35,516 nucleotides of DNA, from contig PCSF01000212.1 in the NCBI GenBank assembly GCA_002771315.1, forward strand, positions 13,125 to 48,640, read 5' to 3'. Positions 18,716-27,011 of the stretch are shown here, piece after piece (within the stretch, counting starts at the first letter, position 1; the number at the start of each line of letters is the position of its first letter). The stretch is from Desulfobacterales bacterium CG23_combo_of_CG06-09_8_20_14_all_52_9 (GTDB lineage Bacteria; Desulfobacterota; Desulfobacteria; Desulfobacterales; UBA2156). The translations under genes and the position numbers were made by a program. The notes beneath the pieces are model-generated. The model was given only the letters and a program-made list of their open reading frames with translations. It was not told the origin of the DNA and made no database searches.

Positions 18716-19999
18716 ATGAAACGCTCACGCTCCCGACAACTTTTTCACAATGCCCAAAAATGCATCCCCGGCGGCGTCAATAGCCCGGTCCGCGCCTGCA
18801 AGGCGGTGGGATCCGACCCGGTCTTCATCGATCGGGCCATCGGATGTCTGATCTTCGATGCCGACGGAAACCGGTACATCGATTATGTCGGCTCCTGGGG
18901 TCCCATGATCCTGGGACACAGGCATTCCGCGGTGATCTCGTCCATCCGGACCATACTGGAGCGGGGCACCAGTTTTGGGGCGCCCACAGACCTGGAGGTG
19001 GAACTGGCCGAACAAATCATCGAGGCGGTTCCTTCCATCGAAATGGTCCGAATGGTCAACTCCGGGACCGAAGCCACCATGAGCGCCATCCGACTCGCCC
19101 GGGGATTCACCGGCAGAGACAAGATCCTCAAGTTCGACGGGTGTTACCACGGCCACGCGGACGCCCTCCTGGTTGAAGCCGGATCCGGAGTCGCCACCCT
19201 CGGCATTCCGGGAAGCCCAGGGGTCCCGCAATCCTTTGTGGCCCATACCCTGTCCTTGCCTTACAATGATCCCCAGCGATTTCGGGAAACCCTACGGCAA
19301 CACGGGGATCAAATCGCCTGCGTCATTGTGGAGCCCGTGGCCGGGAATATGGGGCTGGTCTCGCCACAACCGGGATTCCTGGAAACTCTGCGCGAGGAAA
19401 CCCACAAGACCGGAAGCCTCCTGATTTTCGACGAAGTCATGACCGGCTTTCGGGTGGCCTACGGAGGGGCCCAGGCCCTTTACGGCATCACGCCCGATTT
19501 GACCACCCTGGGAAAAATCATCGGCGGCGGCATGCCGGTGGGAGCTTACGGCGGAAGACGTGATATCATGGAACACATCGCCCCTCAGGGTCCGGTCTAT
19601 CAGGCCGGAACCCTTTCCGGAAATCCCGTGGCCATGACGGCCGGCATCGCCACATTGAAGGAAATCCAAAATCCCGGATTTTACGATGCCCTGGAAGAAA
19701 AATCCCGCTACCTGGCCCAAGGGTTGAAACAGGCTGCGGATGCCGCCGGGATTCCGGTTTATATCGATCGGGTGGGATCCATGATGGGGATGTTTTTCAC
19801 GAAAGGACCCGTCACGTGCTTTTCAGAAGCCAAAACCAGCGATCTTGACCGCTTCAAACACTATTATAATGCGATGCTGGATAAGGGAATCTACCTCGCC
19901 CCTTCCCAGTTCGAGGCCCTCTTCATATCCTCGGCGCACAACATCGAGCATATCGACGAGACAATCCGTGCGGCGGCGGAGGTCATGGTGAAGTTGTAA
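18716..19999 (+). CDS. hemL: Glutamate-1-semialdehyde 2,1-aminomutase
   Basis: [46 protein letters not shown] and the PLP lysine region [10 protein letters not shown]. Length is 427 aa. Confidence 0.95.
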   Translation: MKRSRSRQLFHNAQKCIPGGVNSPVRACKAVGSDPVFIDRAIGCLIFDADGNRYIDYVGSWGPMILGHRHSAVISSIRTILERGTSFGAPTDLEVELAEQIIEAVPSIEMVRMVNSGTEATMSAIRLARGFTGRDKILKFDGCYHGHADALLVEAGSGVATLGIPGSPGVPQSFVAHTLSLPYNDPQRFRETLRQHGDQIACVIVEPVAGNMGLVSPQPGFLETLREETHKTGSLLIFDEVMTGFRVAYGGAQALYGITPDLTTLGKIIGGGMPVGAYGGRRDIMEHIAPQGPVYQAGTLSGNPVAMTAGIATLKEIQNPGFYDALEEKSRYLAQGLKQAADAAGIPVYIDRVGSMMGMFFTKGPVTCFSEAKTSDLDRFKHYYNAMLDKGIYLAPSQFEALFISSAHNIEHIDETIRAAAEVMVKL

Positions 20000-20009
20000 T
20001 CGGATCGGA

Positions 20010-20837
20010 TCAAAGCGCCTGACGGAACACCTCCACCATTCCGGGAAGAATCGCTCCGCTTTTTCCTCTGATAAAAAATCCCCGGGGGCTGCTCAATGCG
20101 GCCCGACCGAAAGGGTTTTCTTCCGCATTGACATCCACCAGGATCGCTCCCCGATGTCTGGCCTCCCAGACCACCTGGTTCGGCAGATTGGTCGCCCCGG
20201 AAGTTCCCACGGTGATGAGGAGATCCGTCTCCCGGGCAACCCTCAGAGAACTCGTGAATCGATAATAAACCTCGTCATACGTTTCGTCGAACCACAGCAC
20301 ATGGGGCCGGGTCATCCCCCCGCAGTTTGGGCACCGGAGCAGATGGAGCTCTTCGGTGGTCATCATATCATCCTTCGACTTGGCAGGCACCACATCGGGC
20401 AAAGGAAAAGGCTCTTCGGTGCAAGCATCGGCGCACCGCATGAAAGAGATGTTTCCGTGTATCTGAAAGGTCCGCGTGAGGCTGTTTCCCGCCCTTAAAT
20501 GAAGCCCGTCCACATTCTGGGTGATCAGCGTGAACCGGTCTTTGAAAAGGCGTTCCATTTCCGCGATGGCCAAATGTCCGGGATTGGGATCGGCTTTCCT
20601 GCACACGGAGAGCCGATAGAGATACCACCGCCAGACTTCCTCCGGATGCTGCGTAAACATCTCATAGGTGGCCATTTCCTGGGGTTGATACTCCCTGGAT
20701 CCCACGGTCCAATACCCCTCCGGACCCCGGAAAGTGGGAATTCCGCTTTCCGCCGATATTCCGGCGCCCGTGAGCACACAGATTTTTCCCGAACCCCTCG
20801 CAAATGCTTCCAGTACTTCCTTCAGTTCCGCATCCAT
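20010..20837 (-). CDS. cobB: NAD-dependent protein deacylase (CobB/Sir2-type sirtuin)
   Basis: GAGISAESGIPTFRG, QNVDGLH, catalytic HGN, and zinc ribbon CADAC...CPNCGG. Start is set at ATG 20837, preceded by AAGGA; the track start at 20861 is GTG. Confidence 0.85.
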   Translation of the reverse strand: MDAELKEVLEAFARGSGKICVLTGAGISAESGIPTFRGPEGYWTVGSREYQPQEMATYEMFTQHPEEVWRWYLYRLSVCRKADPNPGHLAIAEMERLFKDRFTLITQNVDGLHLRAGNSLTRTFQIHGNISFMRCADACTEEPFPLPDVVPAKSKDDMMTTEELHLLRCPNCGGMTRPHVLWFDETYDEVYYRFTSSLRVARETDLLITVGTSGATNLPNQVVWEARHRGAILVDVNAEENPFGRAALSSPRGFFIRGKSGAILPGMVEVFRQAL

Positions 20838-20873
20838 CTGCTTATCCTTTACAAAACGCACAATTTCATGCCT

Positions 20874-20952
20874 TCATGGGTTGAAATCGTAAAAAGGCCG
20901 ATTTTGCTCACGCCGCTCACAAAAACCTTTTTATGACATTGTCATGGGTTGA
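20874..20952. repeat. MITE-like mini-repeat, copy D, with flanking 11-bp direct repeats
   Basis: The perfect direct repeat TCATGGGTTGA (20874-20884 and 20942-20952) brackets a 57-bp insert. The insert ends TCGTAAAAAGG and CCTTTTTATGA are inverted complements. The interior ATTTTGCTCAC resembles copy A. Confidence 0.5.
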
Positions 20953-20976
20953 TGGGTGAAAAGATCGATCTTCCCT

Positions 20977-21843
20977 CTAGACCGGGGCGATCCGTGTGAT
21001 AACCTGTCTGAAGAAATCCGTTGACCATACTTCCAGGGCCCGTGGATCCATGACATATGGAGCGACTTCCTGACGCGCTTTTTCCACATCAAGCTCATCC
21101 ACGGTTCGACGCAAAAGGGACTGAAGTCTCTTAGGGGTTAGCGGCTCCTTATTCAAATAATCGCCGGATTGTCGCATCCGGGATTCCAGATGAATGAGGT
21201 GGATCCTGGGATGCCGGCCCGCGTACCATACCAGATCGTACCAGTCACGCCCCTTGATCCGTGTCTTCCATTTTCGACAGAGGATCGCATGGAGCTTCCC
21301 GGCAAAAAGGTCGGGTAATTGAAAAACACGGACGGAAAATGGAATGGGCTGCAGAACATATTGGGTTTCAGTCTCAAATCCGCCGGGTGGATCCGTATCC
21401 ACTTCAAGCCGGATCTTGAGGCTCTTTTCCGGATGCAGATCACGAAGCAGATCTTGCGAAATTCCGATGACGATCAGCTCGTTCAACGTTTTTGTTTTCA
21501 GAAACGCGGATTCAATCTGGCCGGTCCGGCTTTTCTGACGCCTTTCAAACTCTGCGTCGAATCCAAAGCTGCTGATTTCCCTGCGCAATGCGTCTGCATA
21601 AGCGCTGAGCGAAAAAGAAGCATCCGGCTTCAACAGTGAAAAGTCCAGGTCCTCTGAATATCGATTAAGACCATATAAGACCCGAAGTGCAGTGCCGCCG
21701 TAAAATGCAGCGTGTTCAAAGAACTTGGAGCGCCAGAGCCCCAAAAGTGCCACTTCCTGAAGGATTTCCCTGAGAGCGTTGACATAGGCCTCATGGCTTT
21801 GAAATTCATAACGGCTTAACATACTGCGAATGGCGTCATGCAC
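20977..21843 (-). CDS. AbiEii/AbiGii-family nucleotidyltransferase toxin (type IV TA, DUF1814)
   Basis: ILQEVALLGLWRSKFFEHAAFYGGTALRVLYGLNRYSEDLDFSL carries the GG...DLDF nucleotidyltransferase motifs typical of AbiEii. The GTG start at 21843 overlaps the upstream gene by 8 nt; ATG 21822 is an alternative. Confidence 0.85.
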   Translation of the reverse strand: MHDAIRSMLSRYEFQSHEAYVNALREILQEVALLGLWRSKFFEHAAFYGGTALRVLYGLNRYSEDLDFSLLKPDASFSLSAYADALRREISSFGFDAEFERRQKSRTGQIESAFLKTKTLNELIVIGISQDLLRDLHPEKSLKIRLEVDTDPPGGFETETQYVLQPIPFSVRVFQLPDLFAGKLHAILCRKWKTRIKGRDWYDLVWYAGRHPRIHLIHLESRMRQSGDYLNKEPLTPKRLQSLLRRTVDELDVEKARQEVAPYVMDPRALEVWSTDFFRQVITRIAPV

Positions 21844-22489
21844 CGGAAGATTCCTTTATAAGTTTCAAATACCGAACCATATTGTTGATCTTTTTTGAAT
21901 TAAAGGCCGCGGCAACGTCCTGCAACCGGATAAGGTCAAGTCGATCCAGGGCATTCGGATCTATTCGAAGATCTTCGGTTAAATATACGGCATAGTCGGC
22001 CATACGAATTCCGGAAAACCGCTTGTCGGTCCAAACCTTGTCCGCCAATGCCTTTTCAGGGGAGGCCACCAGAAAAGAAACACTGCCTCTGGAGTCAAGG
22101 GTGGCCCCTGTCGAATACCGTGAAATTTCGAGCATGCGATAGGAAAATCTGCCAAAAGCTGTATCGAAATTCCGAGAGCGCCGACAAGTTACGGAGGTGA
22201 CGGTTTCTACCCGTTCCGGAATCAAACCATATATGCTCAGTGCATATTCAAGACTGACATAGGAGGGTCCGTAAATCAGGTTGGCCAGATATTCACGACG
22301 GATCGGTTCTCTGCGAAAGACTTCACTGAAGCAATACAGCCCTTTTTTGATCCGGATGATTTCACCCCCGGCCAAAAATCTGGTAATCTTATCCCGGGGT
22401 TTGCGATATCCGGAAAGAGCATCCATTAAGGCCTGATAATCAAAAACATCGACCTTGATTTTTCGTCGAATCTCGATAATGGTTTTCAA
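21836..22489 (-). CDS. AbiEi-family antitoxin / transcriptional regulator
   Basis: A 217-aa protein immediately upstream of, and overlapping, the AbiEii gene. The N-terminal region ends in GEIIRIKKGLYCF, characteristic of AbiEi wHTH proteins. The start is TTG. Confidence 0.75.
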   Translation of the reverse strand: MKTIIEIRRKIKVDVFDYQALMDALSGYRKPRDKITRFLAGGEIIRIKKGLYCFSEVFRREPIRREYLANLIYGPSYVSLEYALSIYGLIPERVETVTSVTCRRSRNFDTAFGRFSYRMLEISRYSTGATLDSRGSVSFLVASPEKALADKVWTDKRFSGIRMADYAVYLTEDLRIDPNALDRLDLIRLQDVAAAFNSKKINNMVRYLKLIKESSGA

Positions 22490-22511
22490 CGACGTTGACC
22501 TATATTTATGA

Positions 22512-22565
22512 TATAGTATGTCCAGTAATTATGGACATACTATACAATAATAAAACATTGGTCAA
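22512..22565 (-). promoter_or_regulatory. abiE promoter with palindromic operator
   Basis: Minus-strand TTGACC (22565-22560), 15 nt, TATAGT (22544-22539). The -10 lies inside a perfect 13-bp inverted repeat, TATAGTATGTCCA (22512-22524) and TGGACATACTATA (22532-22544), with a 7-nt spacer. Confidence 0.5.
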
Positions 22566-22696
22566 GCATTTTGTTTCAAATCCCGGCAAAGGCTTTTCGA
22601 TTTGCCTCTATCCCATTTTTTATATACAGATAAGCCCATAAAAGACCTGGAACCAAAGCGGGTAAGTGCGAGGAGACATATTTCTGAGGAAATGCC

Positions 22697-23158
22697 ATGA
22701 AGACGGATATTTCAGATGAACGAAAAGCGTTTTTAAAAAAAGATTTCGAGAGAGGGTTTATCCATTTTTGCCGGTTCAAAGCGACCCAGGCATCCAGGGG
22801 CCGGTTTGAATCTATCGTTGAGATTACCGACATCCACCGCCAGCAGGACGGATTCATCCATGCGGGCGTGATGGCCACCCTGGCCGACCATACGGCCGGA
22901 TATGCCGCATTTACCGTCGTGCCGGAAGGATTCCAGATCCTCACAGTGGAATTCAAAATCAACTTCCTGAAGCCCGCCTTCGGGGAAAAACTCACCTGCC
23001 GCTCGAAAGTCATCCGTGAAGGACGCCAAATCCTTGTCGCTGAATCGGAGGTCTTCGACATACGGAAACAAGGCGAGATCCTGGCCGCCAAGGCCATGGT
23101 CACCCTCATGGCAGTTGCCGAGGAGACGATCGTCAAATCCAAAAGCGATTCCAAATGA
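22697..23158 (+). CDS. PaaI-family (hotdog fold) thioesterase
   Basis: 153 aa with HRQQDGFIHAGVMATLADHTAGYAA...LTVEFKINFLKPA...GRQILVAESEVF, the typical PaaI/YdiI pattern. A GAGGA RBS precedes the start. Confidence 0.8.
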   Translation: MKTDISDERKAFLKKDFERGFIHFCRFKATQASRGRFESIVEITDIHRQQDGFIHAGVMATLADHTAGYAAFTVVPEGFQILTVEFKINFLKPAFGEKLTCRSKVIREGRQILVAESEVFDIRKQGEILAAKAMVTLMAVAEETIVKSKSDSK

Positions 23159-24579
23159 CCGGGATCCCCGGTAACTTCATTCCCGAAAAGGTGAAGACCA
23201 TCCACCTCATCGCTGCCTGCGGAACCGCCATGGGTGCTCTGGCCTGTCTTCTCAAGGAAATGGGCTTTACAGTCACCGGATCGGATCAAAATGTCTACCC
23301 GCCAATGAGCACTTTTTTAATGGAAAAAGGGATAACGCTTCAGGCGGGTTTTTCAGCCGATCATCTGTCCTACAAACCTGATCTGGTAGTGGTGGGAAAC
23401 GCCGTGACCCGTTCCAACCCGGAGGCATTAGCCCTTAAGGATTTGGGAATCCCTTTTTGCTCCATGCCCCAGGCGGTGAATCGGTTCCTAGTTGCAGGAA
23501 AAAAAGCGATCCTTGTCACCGGAACCCACGGGAAAACCACTACTGCATCACTGATGACCCATGTCCTTTTCGAAGCCGGCTGCGATCCGTCATTTCTCAT
23601 CGGCGGAATCCTGATAAATTTCGGGAGCAATTATAGGCTTGGAAAAGGGGATTTCGTGGTCCTCGAAGGAGATGAATACGATACCGCCTACTTCGACAAG
23701 GGTCCAAAATTTCTCCATTATGACGCCCATGCGGCGATTCTGACCAGCATCGAATTCGATCATGCGGACATCTTCGCGGATTTTAGCCACGTGCAAAAGG
23801 CCTTTTCCGATCTGGTCTCACGGCTTTCCCCCCAAGCGCTTCTCGTGGCCTGTGCGGAAGATCCCGAAGCCATGAAGCTGGCCACTTCCCGAAAGGGGCC
23901 CATCCTGACCTACGGCCGGAAGCGGGGGGCCGATTGGAGACTTGGAAAAGTGGCCCTCGAAGGCGTGAAGACTTTTTTCGAACCTTTGAAAAACGGAGAT
24001 CCCCTGGGACTTTGGGAAACCCCCCTTGTAGGAGAGCACAACCTGCTCAACACTCTTTCCGTCCTTGCGGCTTCGGATCACCTCGGAATTCCGATGGATA
24101 CCATTAGAAATACGCTTTGCACATTCAAGGGAGTAAAAAGGCGCCAGGAGATACGAGGTTTCAGGAGGGGAATCTGCATTATGGACGACTTCGCCCATCA
24201 TCCCACGGCGGTCCGGGAAACCATCGCCGCCGTGAAGGGGCGTTTCGGAAACGGCCGCCTCATCGCCGCCTTCGAGCCGCGCACCAACACGAGCATGCGA
24301 AACGTCTTTCAGGATGTGTACCCCGGCGCCTTTGATGCGGCGGACCTGATTTGTATCCGAAAGCCTGCTTTGCTGGAAAAGATCCCCGAGACGATACGCT
24401 TTTCATCCGAGAAACTGGTTTCGGACCTGATCGTACGGGGAAAAGACGCTCATTACTTTAAGGACACCGAAGGCATCATCGACTTTCTATCTGAAACCGC
24501 AGCGTCGGGAGATCTCGTGCTGATCATGTCCAACGGCGGATTTGACAATATCCACGAGCGGCTCCTGGCTCGACTGTGA
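23155..24579 (+). CDS. mpl: UDP-N-acetylmuramate:L-alanyl-gamma-D-glutamyl-meso-diaminopimelate ligase
   Basis: Collinear with E. coli Mpl: IHLIAACGTAMGALA...VTGSDQNVYPPMSTFL, GTHGKTTT, EGDEYDTAYFDKGPKF, EFDHADIF, DDFAHHPTA and MSNGGF. An ATGA overlap joins it to the upstream thioesterase gene. Confidence 0.9.
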   Translation: MTGIPGNFIPEKVKTIHLIAACGTAMGALACLLKEMGFTVTGSDQNVYPPMSTFLMEKGITLQAGFSADHLSYKPDLVVVGNAVTRSNPEALALKDLGIPFCSMPQAVNRFLVAGKKAILVTGTHGKTTTASLMTHVLFEAGCDPSFLIGGILINFGSNYRLGKGDFVVLEGDEYDTAYFDKGPKFLHYDAHAAILTSIEFDHADIFADFSHVQKAFSDLVSRLSPQALLVACAEDPEAMKLATSRKGPILTYGRKRGADWRLGKVALEGVKTFFEPLKNGDPLGLWETPLVGEHNLLNTLSVLAASDHLGIPMDTIRNTLCTFKGVKRRQEIRGFRRGICIMDDFAHHPTAVRETIAAVKGRFGNGRLIAAFEPRTNTSMRNVFQDVYPGAFDAADLICIRKPALLEKIPETIRFSSEKLVSDLIVRGKDAHYFKDTEGIIDFLSETAASGDLVLIMSNGGFDNIHERLLARL

Positions 24580-24600
24580 GGGTTTAAATGGGCGGGAAGT

Positions 24601-26919
24601 TCATTCTTCAGAAAATTTTCTGGCCAAGTCGTTGTCGATGACGTAAATACAGATCTCCTTGGCCCCCAGATCCGCATACCGGAATCGTTGGATGAGGTTA
24701 TTTATCATGAAGGTGACGTCTTCCCGGATCTTGCGGTCGTATGTTTTAAAGCTCTCCTCCCCGTATTCCTTGACGGCCCGGCGGAAGTTTTCATTTTTTA
24801 AAAAAGGCTCCAGGACCTTTTTTTTGAGGTTAAAAACGTATCGCTCATGCAGGGTTTCATAAAGCCCGGTCTGGTTGATGGGTTTCCCCTCCACTATGAT
24901 TTCCTGGGTCAGCGTGTTTGATGTGTATTCCTTTTGCGTATCCTTTCGAAATGCGACCCGTTTTTGAAACTCCAATATGCCGCCTAACAGACGGTTTTCG
25001 ATGCCGCTTAAAAACTCTTCCGTGATCTCTAGTGCATCATTTGTGTAGGTACACCTTTCTTTAGCGCCGATCTCAAAGTTGAGGGCAAACAGATAATTCT
25101 GAATTTCCCTGGAGATCTGCTCTTCATTGTAATAATAGAGTGATTCTTTGACCTCCTGCAAAATCATGTAGTCGTACATGTCGCGCAAGGATTCTAAAAA
25201 TCCCTCGGGGATGGCTTCGGGTTCCTCTTTCAAGATCTTGACAAAAAAATTGCACACCATGGACATATTGATCAACCGGCCTTCTTTGGCATGGATGGAA
25301 TAAAACTTGTTAAACAATCGAATGGAATCCCGTCCGGAAAAACCTTTCTCCCCTTCCTTGTCCGCTTCGGATAAAATTTTCCTGCGGCGTTTTGCCGTCA
25401 ACTGCTTCCGGTGCTCCTCGGAAAGCCAATCCGGGATATGTCCCGTATAAAGCTCTATCTTGAGCAGGTGCAGGTTCTTGTCGCAATAGCGTCGGTACGG
25501 CTCCGGATCCCCGATCCACTCAAGCAAAGCATCGGAACGGGTATTGAGACGGCTTGCGATGATGGCGCGGGCGAAATTGTGCAAAACTCTGGGCAGGAAG
25601 CTTTCGCCGATCTGCTTGCCGAAAATGGAACGATAGATCTCCACCTCCGTCCTCAGGTCCATCACATACGGAATGCGAATGTACTCGATACGGTCAGAGA
25701 AGGAGGGGATATCGGTGATATTTTTTTTGTCCTCAGGGTTCATGACGACCATGAAGAGAGAGTTGACGCTTTCCTCCAAGTCCTCCACCTTGTGAACCCC
25801 CTCGCTTACGATATTGTGCAGTTCGATGAGCCGTTCCACGTTGTGGGATTTGATGTCCATCAAGGCATAAATGCCGTTGTTGGTCTTGGCATACCGTGAG
25901 AACAGATATTTGACCTGATTACTGTCTTTGAAGAGGCTGTTGATCCTTTTTTGGAGCATCGGATTTCCCATGACCTCTTGCCGTATGGGTTTGTCCCCGG
26001 GATTGTAAACGCTGATTCCCTGACCCAGGCGCCGATTGAATCGGTATGGCCGCGCCCTGATGAGCTCAAAAACCGCCATGGGGCTTTTCAATTTCTCCAG
26101 CAACGCCTCATATAAGGTGCTGCAGATGGTGCATGGTTTGCCTTTGAAGACCCACTCATACTCTTTTTCCGTGGAGAGCTTCCATTTGAATTCGTTATTC
26201 TTAAATAAATCATCCAGAAAAGACCTGCGAAGTTCCTTGGGGATGATGAGAATGGGATTGTCGTGGCTGGGGCAGGGAATCTCGAAGGCGTCATCTTCGG
26301 CGAGCGCCCCCCTCCATTCTCTCTCTTCAGGTTCGGCCTCTAATCCATCCGGGCCGGTTTCGGTTTCTGCATTTGATCGCTCCAACAGCCGGGATAGTCT
26401 TTCCATCAGGGGGTTGGATTCCATGTCTGCCGATTGCCCCAGTATCCCCCGATCGATCCGCCATAGGATCTCATAGCCTATGCCCGCTTCGGTGTTGGTA
26501 TATTCCTCGAATTTTTTCAACAGATTGTTCAAGAAGGTGCTTTTACCGCAACCCGCAGGACCGTCGAAAATGTAGATCTTGTTCTGTTGAGCCCCTTGAC
26601 GCATGGCTTCTACATGTCTGATCCACCGGTAGGAAAAGAGTCGATCGGCAAAAAAGGGGCGATCCACGCCTTCTACAAAGAGTTTCCTGCAATCGTAATG
26701 CACATACCCGGCGGCTTCCGGATCATCCGGATACTCATTGACCCCCTCTTCGACATGCGTCATGACCATGTCGTAAAATACCTGAAAAATGTTACGGATG
26801 GCCTGACGGGGCCTTTCCGTTACTTCTTCAAGAAAAGCCTCGAAAGAAACAGGGGACCGATGCTCCAGGTCACTCAACTTCGTGTTCAGGTGCTTCAGTG
26901 CTTTTTCGACATCTTCCAT
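24601..26919 (-). CDS. Second, divergent PrkA-family P-loop protein (772 aa)
   Basis: Walker A is FDGPAGCGKSTF (26536-26562). The CPSHDNPILIIPKELR...GKPCTICS block resembles the Bacillus/E. coli PrkA/YeaG CPMxEEPLHLIP...C..C region. NNGIYALMD...SLFMVVMNPED...DRIEYIRIPYV parallels the AAA core of the first PrkA. It lies downstream of spoVR on the same strand. Confidence 0.75.
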   Translation of the reverse strand: MEDVEKALKHLNTKLSDLEHRSPVSFEAFLEEVTERPRQAIRNIFQVFYDMVMTHVEEGVNEYPDDPEAAGYVHYDCRKLFVEGVDRPFFADRLFSYRWIRHVEAMRQGAQQNKIYIFDGPAGCGKSTFLNNLLKKFEEYTNTEAGIGYEILWRIDRGILGQSADMESNPLMERLSRLLERSNAETETGPDGLEAEPEEREWRGALAEDDAFEIPCPSHDNPILIIPKELRRSFLDDLFKNNEFKWKLSTEKEYEWVFKGKPCTICSTLYEALLEKLKSPMAVFELIRARPYRFNRRLGQGISVYNPGDKPIRQEVMGNPMLQKRINSLFKDSNQVKYLFSRYAKTNNGIYALMDIKSHNVERLIELHNIVSEGVHKVEDLEESVNSLFMVVMNPEDKKNITDIPSFSDRIEYIRIPYVMDLRTEVEIYRSIFGKQIGESFLPRVLHNFARAIIASRLNTRSDALLEWIGDPEPYRRYCDKNLHLLKIELYTGHIPDWLSEEHRKQLTAKRRRKILSEADKEGEKGFSGRDSIRLFNKFYSIHAKEGRLINMSMVCNFFVKILKEEPEAIPEGFLESLRDMYDYMILQEVKESLYYYNEEQISREIQNYLFALNFEIGAKERCTYTNDALEITEEFLSGIENRLLGGILEFQKRVAFRKDTQKEYTSNTLTQEIIVEGKPINQTGLYETLHERYVFNLKKKVLEPFLKNENFRRAVKEYGEESFKTYDRKIREDVTFMINNLIQRFRYADLGAKEICIYVIDNDLARKFSEE

Positions 26920-27011
26920 TGTTTATGTCAATCGGGCTGATTGGGTTGATTTCTTATCGCTTGCGGTGATCTCGTTTATCCTGTCGTCGGCTTCGTTCTT
27001 GAGTCGATTAA

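Noticed and set aside
20010-20837. SIR2-domain gene adjacent to the AbiE module as a possible NAD-depleting defence effector
   Set aside because: It is a compact 275-aa CobB-type sirtuin with a zinc ribbon and no fused sensor or effector domain. It is separated from abiE by its own upstream region and converges on hemL, so a housekeeping deacylase is the simpler reading.
20947-20957. 11-mer GGTTGATGGGT shared between 20947-20957 and 32036-32046
   Set aside because: More than one hundred chance 11-mer matches are expected in a 35-kb window, and the flanks show no further similarity.
22576-23289. 237-aa minus-strand ORF
   Set aside because: It is antisense to the PaaI thioesterase gene and the 5' end of mpl, both of which have clear family signatures.
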